NCBI GenBank assembly: GCA_041657425.1 | Contig: JBBABY010000001.1 | Coordinates: 120,001 to 152,000, forward strand | DNA from: an archaeon | Lineage (GTDB): Archaea; Iainarchaeota; Iainarchaeia; Iainarchaeales; CSSED10-239 | Direction of reading: 5' to 3' | Length of the DNA: 32,000 nt | In this document: piece by piece, positions 1 through 6,647 of the stretch | How the letters are laid out: each line of letters starts with the position of its first letter | Position numbering within the stretch: the first letter of the stretch is position 1 | Translations under genes and position numbers: made by a program | The notes under the pieces: generated by a model | Told to the model about the DNA's origin: nothing | Seen by the model: only the letters and a program-made list of their open reading frames with translations | Database searches by the model: none

Positions 1-2836
1 ATTTGATTGCTTCTTTAGATGGTTTCTTTTCTCCAATAAAGAAATGTATTACTGTGCCGCCGGTATATTTACATTGTAAATCATCTTGTAATTCTAATAT
101 TTCAAAAATATCAGATGTATAATTTACAGGTATTTGAGTTGAATTTGTATAATATGGTTGTGCTCCATCATTTTGAAAATTATTTTCATTTGCAACAATA
201 ATAGAAGGAAATTTCTTTTTATCATGGCTTGCAAATCTATAAGTTGTGCCTTCTCCAGGTGTTGCTTCTAAATTATATAAAGCCCCTGTATCTTCTTGAT
301 ATTTCTGTATCTTCTCTCTCATAAAATCCATAACTTTATTTGCAAATGCCGTTCCTTTAGGTGTGTAAATTTCCTCTCCTAAAAAATTAAGACAAGACTC
401 ATTCATTCCAAGTAAACCAATTGTCGAAAAATGATTCTTCCAATAACTTCCAAATCTATCTTTAATTGTTTTAAGATTATATTTAGAATAAGGGTATAAT
501 CCATCATCCGTATATTTTTCTACAATCTTTCTTTTGATATCTAATGATTTTCTTGAAAGATCCATTAAATGTCCTAAAGTTTCAAAATATTCTTCTTCAG
601 TTTTTGTAAGATAACCTATTTGAGCAAGATTAATTGTTACAACACCAATTGAACCAGTCAAAGGATTTGATCCAAATAAACCTCCTCCTCTTTTCTGTAA
701 TTCTCTATTATCAAGCCTCAATCTACAACACATGCTTCTGGCATCTTCTGGTTTCATATCAGAATTAACAAAATTTGCAAAGTAAGGCGTTCCATATTTT
801 ATTGTTAAATCAATTAATTTATCTGCTAATGGACTATTCCATTCAAATTCTTTAGTAACATTTATGGTAGGTATTGGGAAAGAAAACATATTACCACCAG
901 CATCTCCTTCTAACAACACATCGAGAAGTGCCATATTGAATATATCCATTTCTTTTGTAAATTCTCCATAGGTTTTATCTTGAGGCTTACCTCCAATTAT
1001 TACTGGTTGATCTTTAAGGGTTGAAGGAATTGTTAGATCAAGAGTAATATTACTAAATGGAGTATTTCCTGTGATAAATACTTTCCCATTTCTTTTAGCA
1101 ATTACGGTTTCGTTATCTGTATTTGGACACCAAATTATTCCATTATAATCTACTTCTTTTATTTCTGTTATAGTTGTATCTTTGTGCTGTATTATTCTTA
1201 GAACAAATATTGGTTTTTTACCTATTGTTGGTTTTCTTACTAAAGTTGTAAATCCATATCCTGCTAAGACGCACATATGCTGTAAACCATAGAGAATATC
1301 CACAGAAGTTGTAGAAATTTTAAATTCGTCGGTTCCATCTCCTTTATTGTATGTTTCTAAAAATAATCTTGCTTGTTTTTCATTAGCAGAAAATAATTCT
1401 ACAGGTATAAATTTAATATTACTTTCGTCACTAAACCAAGAATGAACTAATCTCGAACTTGCTGCGTTTAACTTCAGATGATTAACAGGCAAACCTAAAC
1501 CAACGTGCTTACTTTCAGAAAATTTTAATTTAAAATAATTCAATAGATCTTTTATTTCTTTATATTCTTTATTATTTTTTATTTCTGATTGATATAACTT
1601 TATATTCCTTGAATTTCTGTGCTTATGATAAGGTTGCTCTGAACTGCCTTCTGCAATAACCCACGCAACTAATTTAATTTTCTCTTCGTTCCAACTTATG
1701 CCTTTATTATTGTTATTTCCTGCAATTGGAATAATGATTGGAGACTTCATTTTTTTTATATTCTCAACTTCTTCTAAAATGAATTTTTCTCCAACATTAA
1801 ATAATTTTCTAACCATTCTATGTTTTGGAGAAATTAATTGATCCTGTATTCTATTTCTTACATTATACATTTTTCCTGAATATTCTCTTACAAATAGTTT
1901 CTTAATTGGCAAATCTTCTAGTTTTCCTGTTTTTATATTAAATGTTTTAATTATATTTCCAACTTTTAAATCCTGATGAGTTTGCCAACCATCTTCTGTT
2001 AATATTTCAGTATCTTCTGACATACATTGATAACCAACTCTAGTTGGTACATTCATATTGTAAATAAATTTTTCCAAATCTGCTTTTACTCTTGCATAAT
2101 CTAGTTTATCATAATAGATAAAGGGTGCAAGAAGTGTATCGAAATTACTAAATGCTTGAGCACCTGCAGCCTCTCCTTGTAAAGTATAAATAAAATTAAC
2201 AATCTGACCTAGTGCTGTATCAAAATGTTTAGCTGGAGAGCATACAATTTTTCCTGGGCCTCCTCTAAAACCATTTTGTAAAACTGCCTGAAGATCCCAA
2301 CCCACACAATATGGACCAAGAGTACAAAGATCATGTATATGTAATTGTCTTTTTTCATGCGCCTCTTTTATTTCTGTAGGATATATTTTCTTTACCCAAT
2401 AATCTGATATTACTTTTGTAGATAGATAATTATTTAGACCTTGTAAAGAATAATCCATATTACTATTCTCTTTAACCTGCCAATCTGAAATATTAATATA
2501 ACTTTCAACCGCATTCGTACTATCTATTAAACTTGATATTTGTCTTATATCATCGTGTTGCTTTCTATAAATTACATAAGCTTTAACTAATTTTGTTAAT
2601 CCTTCTTTTATTAAAACATCTTCAACTATATCTTGAATATTATTTACGGTTGGCAATTTGTTATTTTCAAAATATTCTTGATTAATTGCATTATCTATTT
2701 TCTTAGTTAAATAATCTGCTAAATCTATATCTGGATTATCAATTGCATCTAATGCCTTTAAAATCGCCAATTTAATTTTATATATATTATAATCAATCTT
2801 CTCTTCTTTTCTATTAATTATTTGTTTTGCGTGCAT
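1..2836 (-). CDS. nrdD: Anaerobic (class III) ribonucleoside-triphosphate reductase NrdD, N-terminal about 945 codons (runs off the window at position 1), interrupted in-frame by an intein
   Basis: Absent from the ORF track, presumably because it is open to the window edge. I translated the minus strand by hand in detail from the ATG at 2836..2834 down to about position 960 and found no stop. A quicker read-through from there to position 1 also showed none. NrdD-like motifs: HIHDLCTLGPYCVGWDL, FSNFDTLLAPF, FSFPIPTINVTKEFEW, CCRLRLD...GGGLFGSNPLTGSIGVVTINL, YYTNSTQIPV. The glycyl-radical C-terminus would lie beyond the window. Confidence 0.9.
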   Translation of the reverse strand, partial: MHAKQIINRKEEKIDYNIYKIKLAILKALDAIDNPDIDLADYLTKKIDNAINQEYFENNKLPTVNNIQDIVEDVLIKEGLTKLVKAYVIYRKQHDDIRQISSLIDSTNAVESYINISDWQVKENSNMDYSLQGLNNYLSTKVISDYWVKKIYPTEIKEAHEKRQLHIHDLCTLGPYCVGWDLQAVLQNGFRGGPGKIVCSPAKHFDTALGQIVNFIYTLQGEAAGAQAFSNFDTLLAPFIYYDKLDYARVKADLEKFIYNMNVPTRVGYQCMSEDTEILTEDGWQTHQDLKVGNIIKTFNIKTGKLEDLPIKKLFVREYSGKMYNVRNRIQDQLISPKHRMVRKLFNVGEKFILEEVENIKKMKSPIIIPIAGNNNNKGISWNEEKIKLVAWVIAEGSSEQPYHKHRNSRNIKLYQSEIKNNKEYKEIKDLLNYFKLKFSESKHVGLGLPVNHLKLNAASSRLVHSWFSDESNIKFIPVELFSANEKQARLFLETYNKGDGTDEFKISTTSVDILYGLQHMCVLAGYGFTTLVRKPTIGKKPIFVLRIIQHKDTTITEIKEVDYNGIIWCPNTDNETVIAKRNGKVFITGNTPFSNITLDLTIPSTLKDQPVIIGGKPQDKTYGEFTKEMDIFNMALLDVLLEGDAGGNMFSFPIPTINVTKEFEWNSPLADKLIDLTIKYGTPYFANFVNSDMKPEDARSMCCRLRLDNRELQKRGGGLFGSNPLTGSIGVVTINLAQIGYLTKTEEEYFETLGHLMDLSRKSLDIKRKIVEKYTDDGLYPYSKYNLKTIKDRFGSYWKNHFSTIGLLGMNESCLNFLGEEIYTPKGTAFANKVMDFMREKIQKYQEDTGALYNLEATPGEGTTYRFASHDKKKFPSIIVANENNFQNDGAQPYYTNSTQIPVNYTSDIFEILELQDDLQCKYTGGTVIHFFIGEKKPSKEAIK
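1064..2026 (-). other. Intein (321 codons) with LAGLIDADG-type homing endonuclease domain inside nrdD
   Basis: The N-junction reads VPTRVGYQ|CMSEDTEILTEDGW and the C-junction reads NGKVFITGN|TPFSNITLDL. Length is 963 nt, in frame. Internal motifs: LISPKHRMV (block B-like), KLVAWVIAEGS and RLFLETYNKGDGT (two LAGLIDADG-like motifs), GIIWCPNTDNETVIA (block F-like). Excision rejoins a contiguous conserved NrdD core. Confidence 0.85.
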
Positions 2837-2890
2837 AGTTATCAGATTTAATTATAATTTAAAAAAAGTATAGAAGAGTAGTTCATTGGG

Positions 2891-2898
2891 TTTATAAA
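2891..2898 (-). promoter_or_regulatory. Candidate TATA box (TTTATAAA) for nrdD
   Basis: A TTTATAAA motif lies about 55 nt upstream of the nrdD ATG on the minus strand. The call is by position and sequence only. Confidence 0.3.
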
Positions 2899-3106
2899 GG
2901 ATATCGGTTTTGCCTGTTAAATCACATATAATGAGGATTAACAGGACGCACCATAGTCTATCGATTTACAAACTAAAGTGCTGCTTTGTTTTTATTTTGA
3001 AAACCGAATATCTAAATTAGATATATACATAAACCATTATTTTGAGTTATAAATTTGTTTTCGGCATAATGCTTGTTTTTAATTATATCTATAATCTATA
3101 TTTATT

Positions 3107-3967
3107 ATGACTGAAATAAGAAAGGAAAATCTAAATTTTGAAATTTTAAAAAAATTCGAAAATGAATTAAATATTATTGGATATAGTCAAAAAACTATTG
3201 AAACTTATTTAACATATTTAAACATGTTCTCTAATTATTTACAAAAAGATCTAAGAGAAATTAATTCTGATGATATCATAAATTTTCTATCCTATTTAAA
3301 ATCCAAAAAAAACTCCGGTTCATCTACTCTTAATTTAGTTTTATCTGCAATAAAACATTTTTATAAAGATTTTTTGAAAATCAATTTAGTTATTGATATT
3401 AAATTACCAAAGAAAGCAAAGAAAATACCTATTATATTAACTGAAAAAGAAATTAAAGACTTAATAGCTAATACTAAGAATTATAGAAATGTATTAATTA
3501 TAGAATTTTTATTTTCAACTGGAGTTCGTGTATCTGAGTGTGTTAACATGAAAATTGATAATCTTAATTTTGATGAATGCACTGGCAACGTTCTTGCAGG
3601 GAAAGGAAATAAAGATAGAATTATTATTCTTTCAAAAAAATGGGTTGAGGATTATCAAAAATATTTAGCTGAAAGAAATAAAACAATTAAATCAGAATAT
3701 TTATTTTGTTCAGATAGTGGAAAATCTTTGTCAGTTGATACTCTTCAAAAATTTTTAAATGTATCAGCAAAGAAAGCCGGTATAACAAAAAAGATTAGCC
3801 CTCATAAATTAAGACATTCTTTTGCAACAAGTTTACTTGAAAATGATGTTAATATTAGATATATACAACAATTACTAGGGCACGCTAATCTTAATACTAC
3901 TCAAATATATACTAAAGTGAATACAAATAAACTAAAAGAGATCAAAAACCCACTAGATAACATGTAA
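3107..3967 (+). CDS. xerA: Tyrosine recombinase, XerA/XerC/XerD-like
   Basis: N-terminal SAM-like core-binding domain (TIETYLTYLNMFSNYL...). Catalytic domain motifs: STGVRVSEC (Arg), HKLRHSFAT (His-x-x-Arg), LLGHANLNTTQIYTKV (His...Tyr nucleophile). The 286-aa size is typical of archaeal XerA. Confidence 0.85.
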   Translation: MTEIRKENLNFEILKKFENELNIIGYSQKTIETYLTYLNMFSNYLQKDLREINSDDIINFLSYLKSKKNSGSSTLNLVLSAIKHFYKDFLKINLVIDIKLPKKAKKIPIILTEKEIKDLIANTKNYRNVLIIEFLFSTGVRVSECVNMKIDNLNFDECTGNVLAGKGNKDRIIILSKKWVEDYQKYLAERNKTIKSEYLFCSDSGKSLSVDTLQKFLNVSAKKAGITKKISPHKLRHSFATSLLENDVNIRYIQQLLGHANLNTTQIYTKVNTNKLKEIKNPLDNM

Positions 3968-4154
3968 TCACAAAAAATGCAACATTTACCCCCTCACTTC
4001 CTGTATTACAGTATAAATTCATCTTAAATCTTGGTTTGGAAAGCAAACTATTATACAAATTATTTTTACTTTTAAAAATAGAAATCTATATAAATGCTTT
4101 GTACATACTTTTAGTATATTATTAAATAATATTTAATTATTGGAGGAAGAAAAC

Positions 4155-4520
4155 ATGACAATGAGAATTTCAAAGTTATTCGGTATGGATTTATATGAAA
4201 CAAACGCTACATACAGAGGAAAAGTTTATGATTTAGTTGTAAACTTAGAATCAGGTATAATTGAAACAATTACTACACAGCCATTAAAAGTTAGCTCTAA
4301 AAAAGAAGCTAAAAAAATAATGACTGAACATAGTATACCTTATAAAAAAGTAATATCAGTTGATGATATAATACTTATTAATTCAGGTAATGTTCCAGTA
4401 GCAGAAAGAGAAGTTTCAAGAGAACATATAGTTGATGAACCAAGTAACGACAATGATTCAAAGATCAGAAAGAAATACATTGGTTATAAGAGTAAATACT
4501 CAACTGCAGGAAGAAGATAA
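4155..4520 (+). CDS. PRC-barrel domain protein (start moved from the track's TTG at 4140 to the ATG at 4155)
   Basis: N-terminus ISKLFGMDLYETNATYRGKVYDLVVNLESGIIETI has a PRC-barrel-like pattern. GGAGG at 4142..4146 lies 8 nt before the ATG at 4155, so the TTG start in the track would place the SD inside the ORF. Confidence 0.65.
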   Translation: MTMRISKLFGMDLYETNATYRGKVYDLVVNLESGIIETITTQPLKVSSKKEAKKIMTEHSIPYKKVISVDDIILINSGNVPVAEREVSREHIVDEPSNDNDSKIRKKYIGYKSKYSTAGRR

Positions 4521-4530
4521 ATAATTAATC

Positions 4531-4547
4531 TTCTTTTTTATTTTTTT
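4531..4547 (+). terminator. Oligo-T tract (T6, T7), candidate archaeal intrinsic terminator
   Basis: ttcTTTTTTaTTTTTTT lies 11 nt after the stop at 4520. Archaeal RNAP terminates at oligo-T runs. Confidence 0.4.
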
Positions 4548-4699
4548 ATTTAATTACTATTTCTATTTTATTAAATTTTATCTTAAAATAAGTGTAGACA
4601 ATATGGCCCTTAACTTCTTGTATTGATTATAAATTTTAAACGCTTTATATTATGTATAGGTTTCTAAAAATAAATTTTAATAAAATAAGTTTAAATACT

Positions 4700-4723
4700 T
4701 ATATATATATATATATATATATA
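4700..4723. repeat. (TA)12 dinucleotide microsatellite
   Basis: Uninterrupted tatata... run read directly from the sequence, about 65 nt upstream of the ATG at 4787. Confidence 0.9.
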
Positions 4724-4786
4724 ATTATACATAACTATATTTATAATATACTAATAAATAATACAGGAACAATGGGGTAGGCATAT

Positions 4787-5440
4787 ATGGGAAAAATTAT
4801 AAGTAATTATATAAAATACAAGTTTATATTTAATAATAATATTAATCATTCAGCTTATCTATATCAAAAAGTGTTTAGATCAATCTATGGATATACTCAA
4901 AACGTTACTAAAAAGGATAAAAAAACATATTTATATCATAGAGAAGGAGTTTTAGAAAATATACCTTATATTAAGTCAGGAAAGAATAGTATAGTTATTC
5001 CAATAGATACAGAACATAGTATAATTAATTTTTTTAATACAGGAAAGAGTCCTATACATAACTTTAGAGAAAAAGGAGAGTGGACAATTGATTATACAAT
5101 AGAAAAAGTAGAAATTGACGATACAGATATAATAAGAAATATAGATAGTTATATTGATTCATTAGTAATTATTTCTTTAGATGGTAATAATAAAAAATTA
5201 TTAGATGAATTAAATAAATTAATAACAGATAGCGAATATCTATCTAAATATAAAAAAGCAAATAAAGATAATTTAATTAATAAGATGAAGATTATTCAAA
5301 ATATAGATTGGATAATTAAATGTAAAGATAAGTCGGAGAAAGTAAAGTTATTTTATGAATTATATAATAAAGTAAATGAATTGTTTTATAGTTCTAGTAA
5401 GATAATTGATCCAAGTAATAAAGTAGAAGATAATGTATAA
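4787..5440 (+). CDS. Hypothetical protein (ORFan-like, 217 aa)
   Basis: Long ORF preceded by a purine-rich GGGGTAGG. I recognise no family with confidence. The N-terminal about 90 aa (KFIFNNN...YQKVFRSIYGYTQ...IVIP) only faintly recalls a Cas2/PaaX-C-like ferredoxin fold. Confidence 0.5.
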   Translation: MGKIISNYIKYKFIFNNNINHSAYLYQKVFRSIYGYTQNVTKKDKKTYLYHREGVLENIPYIKSGKNSIVIPIDTEHSIINFFNTGKSPIHNFREKGEWTIDYTIEKVEIDDTDIIRNIDSYIDSLVIISLDGNNKKLLDELNKLITDSEYLSKYKKANKDNLINKMKIIQNIDWIIKCKDKSEKVKLFYELYNKVNELFYSSSKIIDPSNKVEDNV

Positions 5441-5459
5441 AAATGATTTAATCAATAAA

Positions 5460-5996
5460 TTATTCTTTCTCTATGATTATTACATTTTTTTTCCAAGTTC
5501 TTTTTTTTCCAGTGTTATTTAATTTTATCAAATTTATGTCTGTTAGTGTCTTTATATAAGGATACAGACTCTTTTCATTTTGATATTCTATATTGTATTG
5601 TAATTTAATTCTATTTTTTAAATCTTCCATATCTATCCATTCATCATCAGGAAGACAATTAATAATGTGTTCTGCTTGGGTGTTTTCTCTAGCCTTTATT
5701 ATATCCCATATTGTATTTATTTTTTTAGAATCAATTTTAGATATATCGTAGATCTTTAAATTTTCTTTATTTTTAATTTCATTAGTATTATGTAGATTTT
5801 CCATTTCTAATTGATTTACATTTATTTTATTATTTGTGTTTTGTATATTATTTTCAGGATTAGAAATTTGATTATTGTAATTATGGTAATTACTTGAATT
5901 ATTTTGATTATCTGCATATATATTTTGGTAATTGCTTATCTTTTCTTTTTTAATCAAACCTAATTTGATTAATAACTTTTGAAATATATTACTCAT
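5460..5996 (-). CDS. Hypothetical protein: Asn-rich low-complexity N-half, possible winged-helix-like C-half
   Basis: 178-aa ORF. The N-terminal half is N/Q-rich low complexity. The C-terminal about 80 aa (WIDMEDLKNRIKLQY...YIKTLTDINLIKLNNTGKKRTW) looks wHTH-like (weak). It sits directly beside the GTAATTAC repeat array. Confidence 0.5.
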   Translation of the reverse strand: MSNIFQKLLIKLGLIKKEKISNYQNIYADNQNNSSNYHNYNNQISNPENNIQNTNNKINVNQLEMENLHNTNEIKNKENLKIYDISKIDSKKINTIWDIIKARENTQAEHIINCLPDDEWIDMEDLKNRIKLQYNIEYQNEKSLYPYIKTLTDINLIKLNNTGKKRTWKKNVIIIEKE

Positions 5997-6007
5997 ATTA
6001 TAATATA

Positions 6008-6203
6008 GTAATTACGGTAATTATTATAAATAGATAGGTAATTACTGTAATTATATTTAGTGGTTTTCAGTCATTACCGTAATTACTTAGAGATTTTTTA
6101 TTTAGTAAAATAAATCTGAATTTTATTATGTATAATTTAGTTTTAATTAGTTTAAAAAAATGATAAAATTACAGTAATTACTCAAGATTTAACGGTAATT
6201 ACC
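6008..6203. repeat. Array of GTAATTAC(G/T)GTAATTA double sites (2 direct, 2 inverted, 1 palindromic half-site); candidate operator/iteron array
   Basis: Copies: 6008..6024 GTAATTACGGTAATTAT (+); 6038..6054 GTAATTACTGTAATTAT (+); 6071..6086 GTAATTACGGTAATGA (-); 6165..6181 GTAATTACTGTAATTTT (-); 6194..6203 GGTAATTACC. Read directly from the sequence. Confidence 0.8.
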
Positions 6204-6463
6204 AATATTATAATCAATAATTAGGTAGTAATGCGGTTAATAAGGATAATAAAAACGTAATATCTAAAAATAGAATTGAATTGCGCTTTATTTGTTAATA
6301 AGAGTTAAAATATGTCGTTTAATTAAACTTTTTAAAGCCAGAGATATCTTCCAAATCTGTCCAAGATTTAGTGTATTTGATTAAATAATAAAGTAAAAAA
6401 TAAGTAATTTCTGGCTATATAAAATGAAGTATTATATTAAATAAATGTTAAAAAAAGTAATTA

Positions 6464-6538
6464 TAGCGGAGGATGGATTTGAACCATCGACCTTCGGGTT
6501 ATGAGCCCGACGGGCACTCCAGACTGCCCCACCCCGCT
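6464..6538 (-). tRNA. Initiator tRNA-Met (anticodon CAT)
   Basis: Hand-folded cloverleaf. Acceptor AGCGGGG/CTCCGCT with A1:U72. D-stem GGGC/GCCC. Anticodon stem TCGGG/CCCGA carries the three G:C pairs next to the loop CTCATAA. T-arm GATGG-TTCAAAT-CCATC. Discriminator A, no encoded CCA. A1:U72 plus the G29-31:C39-41 pairs are archaeal/eukaryal initiator hallmarks. Confidence 0.9.
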
Positions 6539-6647
6539 TAAAATGATTTAAAGTAGTTTTAAAATAATAAGTTATATTACTGAAGGTATAATATAATTAC
6601 TATACAAAAACTATATAAACAAATTCTATTTGGTTAATTGATTAGAA

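Noticed and set aside
2899-3013. Reading the inverted-repeat element as a tRNA, C/D-box or H/ACA sRNA
   Set aside because: There is no T-loop (GTTCRANYC) or cloverleaf. AATGAGGA is only a one-mismatch C-box, with no CTGA D-box within range. There is no convincing ACA-box architecture.
4140-4154. TTG start for the PRC-barrel ORF
   Set aside because: The TTG start would place the GGAGG Shine-Dalgarno motif (4142..4146) inside the ORF. The ATG at 4155 lies 8 nt downstream of that motif.
5700-5960. Apparent DNA repetitiveness in the 5' half of the 5460..5996 gene
   Set aside because: It reflects Asn/Gln-rich low-complexity coding (AAT/AAC-rich), not a discrete tandem repeat unit.
2837-6463. Direct repeat of the tRNA-iMet 3' half (attR) that would prove an integrated element
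   Set aside because: Scanning the intergenic stretches by eye found nothing better than a weak TGAGGATT resemblance at 2932..2939. The island idea is therefore kept only as a low-confidence inference.
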